A stretch of DNA of 64,000 nucleotides from Patescibacteria group bacterium (GTDB taxonomy: Bacteria > Patescibacteriota > Patescibacteriia > UBA1558 > GWA2-36-10). The stretch lies in assembly GCA_041650755.1 (NCBI GenBank), contig JBAZKN010000001.1, positions 314,309 to 378,308 of the forward strand, in the 5' to 3' direction. The translations under genes were made by a program, and so were the position numbers. Positions 8,553-20,400 of the stretch are shown piece after piece. The notes beneath the pieces are model-generated. The model saw nothing but the letters and a program-made list of their open reading frames with translations, searched no databases and had not been told where the DNA came from. Each line of letters begins with the position of its first letter. Positions within the stretch are counted from its first letter, which is position 1.

Positions 8553-8572
8553 ATATTATCAAATATTATGAT

Positions 8573-8935
8573 TTATTTGCAAATTTGTTGAATCAAAATT
8601 TCCCGCTTTTGCGGATCACACAAGGTCTCGATCACTGAAGAAGTCTGACTATCGTTCAATTGGCTGACATTCGTGTTATTTCCCATAGTTTGATCTTGAG
8701 CCAGATCCAATTTCAATAACTTCAAGGCGGGCTGTAAATAAGCGGCGTACTGCTTAACATAAGGAGAAATATAGATGACACCAAAGACAATCGGCACCAC
8801 TATCACTATCCACTTAATAATGTTCATGGTCGTGCCCCAGAAAAAATGGCGCTCTATCTTACGCAAACGCTTATCCAATATTTCTAGGCTGGCTTGATTT
8901 CTTTCTAAAAGATCACGAAGAGGATCATTTTCCAT
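8573..8935 (-). CDS. small membrane protein, hypothetical
   Basis: coiled-coil N-terminus and one TM; overlaps the nrdR stop. Confidence 0.7.
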   Translation of the reverse strand: MENDPLRDLLERNQASLEILDKRLRKIERHFFWGTTMNIIKWIVIVVPIVFGVIYISPYVKQYAAYLQPALKLLKLDLAQDQTMGNNTNVSQLNDSQTSSVIETLCDPQKREILIQQICK

Positions 8936-9425
8936 ATTTTTTTCGTCTTATCTTTTTTGGTTTATTTCTCTTGTTTTGCTTGAGCAAATGTTGCAGCTCG
9001 GCCTGAAAAGTTTTTGCATCCTTAAATGATCGATAAACTGAAGCATAGCGAATATAAGCCACCTGGTCAAAGGCGCGCAAGCGCCTCATAACAATCTCGC
9101 CAATATCGTGAGAAGTAATCTCGCTACGGCTTGTTTTTTGAATGTCGCGCTCTATTTCTCGTATTAACCTCTGAAAATTATCTTCAAGATAGGGGCGTTT
9201 TTCCAAAGAAGTGCGCAAACCGCGCATCAATTTTTCACGGCTATAATTTTCTCGACGGCCGTCACGCTTGATTACCACCAAATCCAGGATCTCAATCTCC
9301 TCCAAAGTGGAAAAACGGTAGTGGCATTTTTCACACAGACGCCGGCGCCTAATGCTAAAACCCTCGCCACTTAAACGAGAGTCTATCACTTTGGTATCAA
9401 GTTTATTGCAAACTGGACAATTCAT
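8925..9425 (-). CDS. nrdR: transcriptional repressor NrdR
   Basis: CPVC...IRRRRLCEKC zinc ribbon, ATP cone, VAYIRYASVY. Confidence 0.96.
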   Translation of the reverse strand: MNCPVCNKLDTKVIDSRLSGEGFSIRRRRLCEKCHYRFSTLEEIEILDLVVIKRDGRRENYSREKLMRGLRTSLEKRPYLEDNFQRLIREIERDIQKTSRSEITSHDIGEIVMRRLRAFDQVAYIRYASVYRSFKDAKTFQAELQHLLKQNKRNKPKKIRRKKYGK

Positions 9426-9440
9426 TCTATGCTCTGTTCA

Positions 9441-10616
9441 CTAACGATCTTTTATTTTTTTCCTCAAGAAAGCCGGGATATCAAGCTCCTCTTCCTCCTT
9501 GGTCTTAGGCACCAGCTCTAGCTCTTCTTCTGGCTCGGATTTCTTCTCAAATGCTCGACGCACTGTTCTATCTTCGACAGTTTTAGTAAAAGCCTCCGGA
9601 TAAGCCGTATTCATGGCTTGGCGAGGAATTTCTCCTTTAGTTTCAACATTTTTCTTAAAACCAGTAGCAATCACGGTAACTTTGACTTCGTCGCCTAAAG
9701 ATTCGTCAATCACTGCGCCAAAAATAATCTTGGCCTCTGGGTCACAATGAGCAGTAATCACTTCAGCTGCTTCGGAAACTTCAAACATAGTCAAATTTGA
9801 ACTGCCGGTAATAGTAAACAAAACGCCAGTAGCGCCATTGATCGACAATTCAAGTAAAGGACTGTCAATGGCGGCTTTGGCTGCTTCTTTGGCCCTATCC
9901 TCTCCACTAGCCTTACCAATACCCATCAAAGCCGAACCGGCTTGCCTCATAATGGCTTTGACATCGGCAAAATCAACGTTGACTAGGCCCGGTACAGTGA
10001 TCACTTCGGAAATGCCTTGGACGCCCTGTTTTAGCACCTCATCAACTATAGAAAAAGCATCCAATAAAGAGGTTTTTTTATCAATAATCTGTAAAAGTCT
10101 ATCATTGGGGATAGTAATAATAGTGTCTACCTTATCGATTAATCTATCCAAACCCCGCTCAGCAATATCGCGGCGTTGCACACCCTCAAAAGTAAAAGGC
10201 TTGGTCACCACAGCTACTGTTAAAGCGCCCAATTCTCTGGCAATATCAGCAATCACCGGTGCCCCGCCAGTACCAGTGCCGCCACCCAAACCACAAGTAA
10301 TAAAAACCATATCAGCCCCGGACAAGGCGGACATAATATCCTGCTCATTTTCTTCAGCGCTCTTCAAGCCCAAATCAGGATCCATGCCGGCTCCCAGGCC
10401 CCTGGTGGTATTACGACCAATATGTATCTTGTTGCCAGCTTGCGAATGGTGCAAGGCTTGAGCATCAGTATTGACGGCCACAAATTCTACGCCTCTAATC
10501 TTGGCGCTAATCATGCGATTGACTGCCGAATTGCCAGAACCGCCTATACCAACTACTTTGATATTGGCAAAAGTCTCAACCGGTGGCAAAACTTCTTTTA
10601 TGTTTTTCTTCAGCAT
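9441..10616 (-). CDS. ftsZ: cell division protein FtsZ
   Basis: GGGTGTGG tubulin signature, NVDFAD and C-terminal LDIPAFLRK. Confidence 0.98.
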   Translation of the reverse strand: MLKKNIKEVLPPVETFANIKVVGIGGSGNSAVNRMISAKIRGVEFVAVNTDAQALHHSQAGNKIHIGRNTTRGLGAGMDPDLGLKSAEENEQDIMSALSGADMVFITCGLGGGTGTGGAPVIADIARELGALTVAVVTKPFTFEGVQRRDIAERGLDRLIDKVDTIITIPNDRLLQIIDKKTSLLDAFSIVDEVLKQGVQGISEVITVPGLVNVDFADVKAIMRQAGSALMGIGKASGEDRAKEAAKAAIDSPLLELSINGATGVLFTITGSSNLTMFEVSEAAEVITAHCDPEAKIIFGAVIDESLGDEVKVTVIATGFKKNVETKGEIPRQAMNTAYPEAFTKTVEDRTVRRAFEKKSEPEEELELVPKTKEEEELDIPAFLRKKIKDR

Positions 10617-10642
10617 GCACTTTATATTTAACTAGTACTAAT

Positions 10643-11887
10643 TTATGAGGGCCAAATAGACTTAAAAATATTTTTTGTTTTATTGCCAAGTTTCTTAAAA
10701 ATATCTGCCCCAGGCAAATAAGCGGCTTTTTCCATATTCCTATCAGCCCAAATCACCAAGCCTAAAGCCGTAGTATACTCCGGATCATTTAGTTTATCAA
10801 TAGGAAAATCGTGATTTACCGGCAAGCCTAAAAATACCGGTAGATCAAATACCTGCTTAGCTAAATCTACAATCAAAGATAATTTTGAACCACCACCAGT
10901 CAAGATAATGCCGGCTGGCAACTTACCGGCCCGATCAATTTTCTTTAGTTCTTCGTTGACCAGCTCAAAAATTTCTGACATCCTGGCCTCGGCAATGGTA
11001 GCAATATCTCGTTTATAAACGAAAGTGCCTTTTTTCTCGTCCTCTGAATACTTATGCAAATCAACCTCGTCCCGCTTTGATATATCGCCAACTATAGCTT
11101 GAGCATGATCAAGCTTTACTGCTTCCGCCGTCATCACTGAGGTCTTGAGGCCGATGGCCAGATCATTGGTGATATGACCGGCGCCAACTGGCAAAACAGC
11201 CGTATGTAAAATATTCCCCTCTTCAAAAACCGCCAAGGAGGTGGTCGAAGCGCCAATATTGACTACAGCCACGCCCAACTCTTTTTGCTTGTTGGTCAAA
11301 ACCGCTTCGGCGGTTGCCAAAATAGAAAAAACAATATACTCAATATCAACGCCCGTGCGATAAATACATTTAGTCAAATTTTTGACTTGCGCTGACATGG
11401 CCATCACCACCTGAGTCTCTACTTCCAATCTAACGCCTGTCATGCCTATTGGCTCCCTGATGTTTTTTTGGTTATCAAGATTGTAGCTAATTGGCAAAAC
11501 ATGCAAAATCTCATAATTGGGCATAATGGTAGTGCTTTCAGCTACCTCTAAAGCACGCTCAATATCAGAGTTTTCCACTTGTTCATTGGCCTTGGCAACA
11601 GCCACTACTCCCCTACTATTGACAGTCTTGATGTGCGTACCGGAAATACCTACTACAATTCTATCAATCCGGGTGGCTGTCATGCGTTCGCATTTCTCTA
11701 AAGCTTCGGCAATACTGGAAACCGCCTCTTCAATAGAATTGATACTGCCGCGGGTAATACCGGTCGCCGGTGTCTCGGCCACGCCGATAATCTTCAAACG
11801 CCCATCACCCAAGCGCTGGCCCATAACCACCCTGATCGCCTGTGTGCCGATGTCTAAACCAGTAATAATGTCTTTGCTTTTGGCCAT
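10643..11887 (-). CDS. ftsA: cell division protein FtsA
   Basis: GLDIGT, GHITNDLA and LTGGGS; upstream of ftsZ. Confidence 0.96.
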   Translation of the reverse strand: MAKSKDIITGLDIGTQAIRVVMGQRLGDGRLKIIGVAETPATGITRGSINSIEEAVSSIAEALEKCERMTATRIDRIVVGISGTHIKTVNSRGVVAVAKANEQVENSDIERALEVAESTTIMPNYEILHVLPISYNLDNQKNIREPIGMTGVRLEVETQVVMAMSAQVKNLTKCIYRTGVDIEYIVFSILATAEAVLTNKQKELGVAVVNIGASTTSLAVFEEGNILHTAVLPVGAGHITNDLAIGLKTSVMTAEAVKLDHAQAIVGDISKRDEVDLHKYSEDEKKGTFVYKRDIATIAEARMSEIFELVNEELKKIDRAGKLPAGIILTGGGSKLSLIVDLAKQVFDLPVFLGLPVNHDFPIDKLNDPEYTTALGLVIWADRNMEKAAYLPGADIFKKLGNKTKNIFKSIWPS

Positions 11888-11966
11888 CTAAAAAATTATT
11901 ATTATGATACTTAATTATAACTAAATTAAACTAATTTGCCAAATTGATTGATAATACACTTTTGTC

Positions 11967-12305
11967 TTATTTCCAAAAAATAATCAAACCAATCACTACT
12001 GCAAAACCAGCCACCAATAATACCATGCCAGCCAATAAGTCCTTGATTTCTTTAGCAAAATTATGGGTTTTGGGCGCCAGCATATCTACCAGACGTTCAA
12101 TAGCTGCATTGAATATCTCTAAAGCTAAAATCAGGGCGATCACCAATAAAAGAGCTATCCACAAAGTACGGCTCAAACCATAAAATCCAGCAAATAAAAT
12201 AACCGCTAAAGCAAAACAAAGGTGAATTCGAAAATTACGCTCACTGCTAATCATGATTTTTAAGCCGTGCCAAGCAAATTTAAAACTTCGCCACCATCTA
12301 GCCAT
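11967..12305 (-). CDS. dgkA: diacylglycerol/undecaprenol kinase family protein
   Basis: SFKFAWHG, ERNFRIH, EIFNAAIE and KDLLAG. Confidence 0.9.
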   Translation of the reverse strand: MARWWRSFKFAWHGLKIMISSERNFRIHLCFALAVILFAGFYGLSRTLWIALLLVIALILALEIFNAAIERLVDMLAPKTHNFAKEIKDLLAGMVLLVAGFAVVIGLIIFWK

Positions 12306-12308
12306 AAA

Positions 12309-12710
12309 TTAATTTAATAATTTTAAAATTTTCGCCTCCCAATCGCTTTGTTTTTTAAATTGTGCCTTATTGCGTTCATGATCAAAACCCAATAAATGTA
12401 GGATCCCATGAATGGTTAGGATTTTCAGCTCTTTACTGAGGCTGTGCTGCTGCTGAATCGCCTGCCTTTTGGCTTGAGTTGGACAAATGACCACTTCCCC
12501 CAAAAAATTTTTATCTTGCCAGGCAAAGGATAAAACATCTGTCACTTTATTATGCCGCCGATAAACTTTATTTAAAGATCTGATTTCTTTATCTGACACC
12601 AGAGCCAAGGAAACATCTTTTTCAACCTTAAACTGCCGACGGATAATCTTTCCCAATTTTTTTACCCATGATAAATCCGCTCGCCAGCCCCGCTTGTTGA
12701 CATATATCAT
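12309..12710 (-). CDS. ybeY: rRNA maturation endoribonuclease YbeY
   Basis: TDVLSF and HGILHLLGFDH. Confidence 0.95.
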   Translation of the reverse strand: MIYVNKRGWRADLSWVKKLGKIIRRQFKVEKDVSLALVSDKEIRSLNKVYRRHNKVTDVLSFAWQDKNFLGEVVICPTQAKRQAIQQQHSLSKELKILTIHGILHLLGFDHERNKAQFKKQSDWEAKILKLLN

Positions 12711-13688
12711 CTATTTTACCATTAATTTAAAACTGCCCAATATCATATTGAAAGTCGCCATAAAGTTCCTATCAGCCGTTGTATCGTAAATAATGGTGTA
12801 GACATTATCATAAGTCACCAATAGAACCTGCCGACCATCTTGGCTGCGCAAAGCTGGCCGACTAGCCACGCTAAAATTCTCCATATCCTGATTATTGCTG
12901 TATAAAGTCTTCCGCCAATCTGCCAGCTCCAAATGCTCTGTATTGGGTACCACACTAATATCCATAGTTTCACCAGTGCCAGCATCAGATATCAGGCTCA
13001 CTTGGCTGCGATCTTCATTTAAGCTCTTTACTAGCCAGGCTTTAGGATACAATAATTCATAACTAAAGCTACTATTAGTATATTTGCTGACCAAACCGGA
13101 ATCGGATAATCTGCCACCGCTTACCAAAGGATTATATAAGCTGACTATCTCCTGCCCGTCCGAATATCCATCTTTATCAGTATCGGCCACTTGAGAGTCA
13201 GTCTTATACAGCGTCTCCTCTAAATCAGTCAGGCCATCATTATCAATATCAAGATTGACGATAATTGGTGTTTGATTGGTATTGTCATTTATATTGACGC
13301 TAAAATTGCCGTTCTGGTTGCCATTTTTATTATTGCTCTCATTTAGATTTTCATTGATGTTTGCCTTGCTATTATTCACATTACTATCAACATTTGTGTT
13401 AGCATTGGTGGTAGTATTGTCAGTTGGGGTGGTGTTTTCTGGCTTTATTTGATATTTAGTCAAAAACCAAAGACTGCCGCCAACCAACAAACCTAAAAAT
13501 ATCACTAACAAAACCAAAGCCAGGGCTCCTCGCTTGGCTGGATTAGCGGCCGGTGCTTTGACAGCCACAAACTTATTGGGCATCACATAAACGTCGTCTT
13601 CTTTGAGGCTATATTTTTCTATACTTGGTTCGGTATTTGGTGGGGCTGTCTTTTTTTCTATTTTAGCCGGTTTTTTACCAAATATCAT
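12711..13688 (-). CDS. membrane-anchored protein with Asn-rich stalk, Ca-binding DxDxDG repeats and a PsbP-like C-terminal domain
   Basis: TM helix, N/T-rich linker, DIDNDGLTD and DTDKDGYSDG, then Y-x-L-x-YPxxW. Confidence 0.75.
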   Translation of the reverse strand: MIFGKKPAKIEKKTAPPNTEPSIEKYSLKEDDVYVMPNKFVAVKAPAANPAKRGALALVLLVIFLGLLVGGSLWFLTKYQIKPENTTPTDNTTTNANTNVDSNVNNSKANINENLNESNNKNGNQNGNFSVNINDNTNQTPIIVNLDIDNDGLTDLEETLYKTDSQVADTDKDGYSDGQEIVSLYNPLVSGGRLSDSGLVSKYTNSSFSYELLYPKAWLVKSLNEDRSQVSLISDAGTGETMDISVVPNTEHLELADWRKTLYSNNQDMENFSVASRPALRSQDGRQVLLVTYDNVYTIIYDTTADRNFMATFNMILGSFKLMVK

Positions 13689-13691
13689 ACT

Positions 13692-14459
13692 TTAATTATT
13701 GATATTCAAATCAATCGGCATAGTGCTAGTGGATAATTTACCAGCACCAAGTGGACTGAAACCATTTTTCACCTCTGTACCATCTGGATAGCTATCGCCA
13801 TCAGTATCGCCAATCAAAGGATCAGTCTGCCATATTTCTACTTCCTCGCTGTCGGACAAGCCATCGCCATCAGTATCGCCAATCAATGGATTAGTCTTAT
13901 AAACCTTCGCTTCATCGCGGTCAGACAGACTATCATTATCTGTGTCTGGATTTAGCGCATCAGTTTTGAGATCTGTTTCCTCAACATCAGTCAAACCATC
14001 GGAATCAGAATCAGACACATCTGCCGGCGTATTGGTATTTTGGCCAATATTGTTTTCTGGATTTAAATTGGTGTTTAATACCGGCGTATTGGTATTGGTA
14101 GTGAGGCTGGGCGCTTTTTTCATGACCAAAAAATAATAAGCAGCTGCTCCGCCGGCCAAAACCAGCAAAACCACTACCAAAATCACCACTAATCTAGCTG
14201 TCTTGCCGCCTTTGGCATCGGTCACCAACATTTGCTCTGGCGTAAAATTTCCAGTAGTCACATTTGGCGACCAGGCAGTATTGGGCACCGGCTTCATTTT
14301 ACCTGACTGCACAGCGCTAGCTTTGTCGGCTGTCGGCATTTGATTATTTGTATCAACATCAGCAAACATATCAGTCACTGGTTGGGGAGTGGCTGGAGCT
14401 TGGGTGTTGCCTTGGGGTACGCCAGCATTGGGCGCATTCTGTTTTAAGTCATCAAACAT
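13692..14459 (-). CDS. membrane-anchored protein with tandem TSP3-like Ca-binding repeats
   Basis: four D(S/T)DxD(G/S)(L/Y)xD repeats after a TM helix. Confidence 0.8.
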   Translation of the reverse strand: MFDDLKQNAPNAGVPQGNTQAPATPQPVTDMFADVDTNNQMPTADKASAVQSGKMKPVPNTAWSPNVTTGNFTPEQMLVTDAKGGKTARLVVILVVVLLVLAGGAAAYYFLVMKKAPSLTTNTNTPVLNTNLNPENNIGQNTNTPADVSDSDSDGLTDVEETDLKTDALNPDTDNDSLSDRDEAKVYKTNPLIGDTDGDGLSDSEEVEIWQTDPLIGDTDGDSYPDGTEVKNGFSPLGAGKLSTSTMPIDLNINN

Positions 14460-14488
14460 ACATTTTACTTATTGATTAATAAAAATAA

Positions 14489-17400
14489 TTAATTATTGGG
14501 TAAAGTGCAATCCATAATACCATCGCCATTGCCATCGCAAAAAGCAGAATTTACTATGCGCATAATATTTGTATCCCAGCCAGTATTGTCGGTGATTAGG
14601 CTACCGCCTGTATCGTTGGCCACATTGGTAGCCGCTTCGACTGCCGGAGTATAGGTATTAAAGAAAACCGGACTAATATGGATATTATTATCAATTGCAT
14701 TTTGCACGGCATCATACAACCAACCGCTAGTCACGCCCGGACCGTAGTTGTCGTCATTGGTAAATATAGTGCTGTTGCCGCCACACCAGGCATACTCATC
14801 GCTGACCGGCACTATAATACGTTGATAATCATTTATCCATTGATAAGCTTCGGCTATCTTAGCAGTGGCATAAGCCCAATTTTCTATATTGCCGGCATAT
14901 TCATCCTGCACCACACAATTGCCAGTTGCCGGATAAGTCATGTCTGTACAATTATTAGCTACTACCGTTGAGGCAATATCATTGGTACTAGCATCATAAA
15001 AACTTCTGACCCTAATTACATTTGGTGCATTGACAGTCGGCAAAGTACAATTTGGCACCAAAGTATTAAAAGTAGTAACAGATCCTGGTAATTGGATGGT
15101 ATTATAATAAAAATATTGCGGGCAATCTGTGCCATCGATATCCAACTCATTGACTGTAAAAATAGTGTCAATATTGTCGGCCATACTAGGCGTCAAATTA
15201 TTACTGGGGCTATCGCCTAAAGGCATTATAGTGAGGCGAAAATTGACATTATTATTCTGCAAACTGTTGATCACTGAACTCAAAGAGTCGCAAAATTGAT
15301 CGGCAGCCGTGGACATACTGGCCGACATATCAAAAATAAACACCGCATCCACTCTTTTTTCTATAGTGCCAGAACCATAATCACAAGCCTCGCCATAAGA
15401 GCTCTCCACCGTACCATTACCGCACCAGCCGCCGCTAGTCTGACAGCTGTTATCACAAACATATTGGCTAGTCTGTGAAGATTGGTCTGGTGAAATAGAA
15501 TAATTTAATGAATCACACACTTCGCCGGCATTAATGGTGCTATTTTGGCCATTTTCCACCGTCCCATTACCGCACCAGCCGCCGCTAGTGGGTGTGCAGC
15601 GATCATTAGTCGCATCGCTGGTCATGCGGCAAGCATACTGATTATCGACATTGGATTGGGCTGGAGTAGGTCGAATAGCTAAATTAGTATCACAAATTTC
15701 TCCGAAATTACTCTGAACAGTGCGATCTCCGCAATAAGGCTGACTGACAAAATCACAGGCTTGAGAACAAGTGTAGGCTGCATTCGGTATTGGCGCTGGC
15801 TCACCAGTAGCTTGATTGGTGTCTGGTGTTATATAGCTGGCATAATCACATCGCTCTGCCTGCACGCAAACACCGCTACCACACTGACTACTGTTTGTAC
15901 AGGCTTGACTAGGATTATTACTACAAATACTAAAATCTTGAATAATACCATCACCGCATTTTCCTTGATAGGGGGTACTTATATCTACATCGCAAACAAC
16001 ACGACAAGTATTATTACAACGAGCATTACCATTTAAAGTGCAATCCCAATTGGCCAAACCGCTGGGGTTTGCTGAACCGTCACATTGCTCTACCCCCTGA
16101 GCCCAGACACCATCACCACAGGCAGCCGCCGGATAATTTGAACCCAAAAGCGTACAAGTGGGCTGACAAGAATTAGTTGGGCAAGTCAAAGTATAGCCAG
16201 TGCCACAACTATAAACGACATTATTATAAGTAATGACGCCATTAACTGATTCGCAACGTTCATAAGCCGTTTCCAGACTATTGTCTCGGCAATAACCGCC
16301 GCATTGACTTTCTGTCAATGGTGTAAGTGGCGCATACCATCTGCACTCAATCAGTGCGCCAGTGTCGCTCAAAGTGCCGGGCGGATTGCAACCAAATTTT
16401 TGCTCATTCCACCAATCATGGTTACCTAAATCAGGCGTGGCATCGCATCTATAATCCAAATAACCGCCGTCACATTCTTCCCCGCTATCTATGATGCCAT
16501 TGCCACAACTGGGATTACTGATATTAGCACCAGTACCATTACAAATATTATCTAAAGTGGCGCTCAATGGACTCAATAGACCACGCACACTAGTACCAGT
16601 ATTGACCAGACTACTGGCAAAAGTAATGCCTGCCCAAGCCTGACTATCATATTCAAAATTGGCTGCCAAATTATAGCCACTGCCAGTATCATTGCGCTTA
16701 TAATAATACAATAGTGAATCGGCTGGGCAATTAAAAGTAAGTGTAGACTCATTCCAACAAGTGTCCGGATCAAAGCCGTCCGCCGAGCAACCGTTAAATT
16801 GATTGATGGGGTCAACTGGCAAACTTTGGCTAGCTAAAGTCGAACCAAAGGTTTCCTGCCAAGATGGCCATTTGCTATTTGACTGGCCCCTGACAAAACT
16901 GCCGGCATTGAGCATGGGATAATAAGGCACGCAAGTCCCATTGCTTGGGCACTGACTATTGGTCACACAACTAATCTGAGCATTGGTACTACAAGCCTTA
17001 TGGGCCACACCATAGTTATCCAATGACTTTTTGATTGATAAAAGATCCCCCAAACGTTTGGTATCGCGCCGTAATTTTAATCCCCTAGAATCACAAGAAT
17101 AAGAACTACCTGATCGCACGCAATCAAAATTACTACTGCAAGTCTGGGTAGATAATACACCATCAAAACTGCAAAGGTTGCTTTGGCCGGTAGTAATATT
17201 TATATTCAGTTTAAAGTTGCCTAGAATCTGATTGACAATTTCTTGAGTATAAGGTCTAGCGCCGACATTATAAGATATAAGATATATATTTGTATACAAT
17301 AACCCACCTGACAGATTAGTGGCTGCAATATAAGTGGTATTACCAACCTGTAAAGCCGGGTAGCCATCAACTTCTATCAAGTTACCAGTTTGATTTGGAT

Positions 17401-20400
17401 TGGGGGCGTGCTGCCTATACCAATCACTGACTGACAAGTGTTCTGGATTGCCCATCACCCTGATACCGATAATGTCGATGCCAGATTGATCAGAGGCTAT
17501 GGAGACGGCTATTGATGCGCCCCAGAAAATAACTGATGTTTGTGAACTGGTAGCCCCCACCCTATAAGCATAATTAACATCAACTTGAATACTTCGATCT
17601 ATATAACTAGTCGAATCAGCCGGTAAGGCTACGGTAACTATTTCGCCGGTATTTACCTCTCGCCTTTCAACAACAAAACCGCTCTCTTGGTGCGTGCCGC
17701 CAGAAACATCTGTCCAAGTCAAAGATATGCCGCTAGCTGTAGCCGAAACTGCTGTCAAATTGGTAGGCGCTGAAGGGCTATTGACCGGCAAGCTCTCCTG
17801 GCTAAGCGCTCGAGGAGTAAATATCTTGGATAAAAATTTCAACCAATTTTTACCGTTTTCTTTTAACTGGCTCTTTGATTCAGCCAAAGCCAAACTGCCG
17901 AATAAATTACCGGCCCGCATAGTAATAGACGGATTAACAGTGAAAATAAATTCACCATCGGGCAAAACACCAACCGGATTGGGGCTAGTAGGCAAAGGCA
18001 CATTTAAGCTGGGCAGAACCGTTTCATCATTGATCCCGGAATTCTGACAATAATAAGTAGAAAAATTATAATTATAAGAGCCTGTATAAGGTGCCCAGGG
18101 AAAAGCATTGAGATCTGGCCAGGGATTCTCACATAAAAATATGGTGATATTTGCGCTCACTGAAACCTGGCCTAAATTGATTTGATCAGACAGGTCTCCG
18201 TCTACAATATCGACTAGCAAAACTTCATCACCATTTTTATTTACTACGGTAGCAACCAAAGTATCAACATTATTACCAAATACTAAATCTAATAAATTAT
18301 TGGGGGCGACATTTCTTGTACGCCAAGTAAAGTCTAAACCAGTAGAACTTAATTGCGTACCGCGCACATCATATGCCTTGGCCAAATATTGATGCTGATT
18401 ACCGTCGGCGCTAATTGGCATCACATCTCCCGGGCAACGATTATGCGCACAGGTGATAATATCCGAACTTGGATCAATGGTGGCATAGCTGATGCGGCAT
18501 ACTTCTGTGCCGGTAGAAAATGTCCAAGAAAATTCAGCCGCCATATTCACATTTTCGATGCTAACTACTGTGTTGGCCACCACTGCTCGGTATGTTCTAT
18601 TTGGCTGCAAATAGGGGCGGGGGTTAAAAACTGCCGTAGTGCGACCAGCCGCACTGCTGACAGATAAATAGCCGTCAACAGCCACTGGATTAGCCGCATT
18701 ACTAATGTCATAAACTTTGATACCATCACGCAAAGACTGGGTATTCATTAATTCGGTGAATGTCACACTAATAGCCACGTTGAGACACTGATTAATACTG
18801 CCTTGAGGCGGATGATATTCATAAATCTCTGGAGCCGCGCCTTGATATAAAGATACCGACAAAAGATCATTGCTATTCGACGTGACACCTAGATCTGTCA
18901 CGCGCACAGTGACATCGGTATTGTCGCCGTTATTTGCTCCGGGGGAAATAGTTACATAGGGTCTGGCTATATTATTTGGGCTCACCGTAGCCACAGTATG
19001 ATCAATTGTATCCCAAGCATAGCTGCAGTTTTGACAATCTATCGGAATATTGGTACAAGCTTCATTACTGCCAAAAGTCAAAGCCTCATAAAGAATAGAT
19101 TGGTTGCGACGAGTAGCCACAAAACCATAATCTGGTTCACGCTCCGGCACCACATCAACACTTGATACTACACAATCAGCCGGATTGCTGGCCATAGAAA
19201 ATGTTCGTTCAAAGTTGCTGCCCAAAGTAGCCCCAGAAATGCTAGATACTGCGCCATTAACCGTCAAAGTATAAGTCTGCCCTAAATCAAACGGATAATG
19301 ACCGACGATCACGCTTCGGTCACCATTCATCTGTGGCAAACTACCATCTGATATTAAATTACCACTGGAATCTGTAATACGAAAATTGGTTGGTGTCACC
19401 GAGCCAGTGCTCAAGGGACTGCTAAAATCTACCCTGACCTGTGAGTTTATACAGGCGCCATTACAATTTGGCCACCAGTTGATTACTGATAAGCTGCCGA
19501 CATATAATGTATAATCAATATTCAAAATGGCCTGACCAGTAGCACTGTTGCCAGACTGATCCACCCGACAGCTGATATTGGTACTGCCAGTAAGATTGGT
19601 GGTACTGCCAGTACTAATAGCATTGACCGATTGTGTACCAGTGCCTACAGTAGCTATACTGGGCTGGCTAGATGACCAATTCCACTGACAATTAGTGCAA
19701 CTCAACGGCTGACCGCCACAGATATCTGGATCAGATAATGGCGTGGCTGAAAAACCAACCAGTTGGTTTGTCCTGGTAGCTGTAGCAGTACTAGGTATAA
19801 GTTCTACGCTTTGAAATTGACAATTTTCATTGCCAACCGTAAAAGTCCAGGTGTAAGGTTCATCAAAACCATCATTATAAATATTTTGCAAACCAGTCAA
19901 TATGCTCACTTGATAAGTATCCCCTAGAGTTAAATTGCCGTTATAATTCAATACCACCGAATTATCAGACCGATTCCAATCTAAACCAGTGATAGCCACC
20001 GTATTATTGTCTGTATCGCGAATAGCAAAGTTAGCGGGCAAAACTGTTGCCTCCAATAAAGCTGAATTAAAACGCACACCAATCTGGGGATTGTTGCAAG
20101 AATCAGTGCAGCTTGGCCACTGATCAGAAACATTAAGCTCGGTAATGGGAGCCGCTTGAGTGGTGATCCGCCAGCCATAAGTACAGCTTCTAATTGTTTC
20201 GCAGGAATCAGCGCAATAATTACCCACATCCCTGGGACAACAGGTACTATAACCCAAAGCCTGACAATCAGAGTCTCTGCCGCAACTGCCAACACTAAAA
20301 TTCAAGGAATTACTGCTAGTAGCTGTCGATAATGCCCTAACTGGGCCACTTCGAGCATTTTCAGGTACCCGCGTCCTAATTTGGGAGTCTATCCAAAAGC

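Noticed and set aside
13790-13890. Repeated ATCGCCATCAGTATCGCCAATCAA
   Set aside because: Encodes tandem LIGDTDGD calcium-binding repeats within the CDS.
15400-15600. Direct repeat CCATTACCGCACCAGCCGCCGCTAGT as CRISPR or DGR template/variable repeat
   Set aside because: In-frame duplication of the TSGGWCGNGTVE Cys-rich protein repeat; only two copies, no adenine-specific mismatches, and no cas or RT gene.
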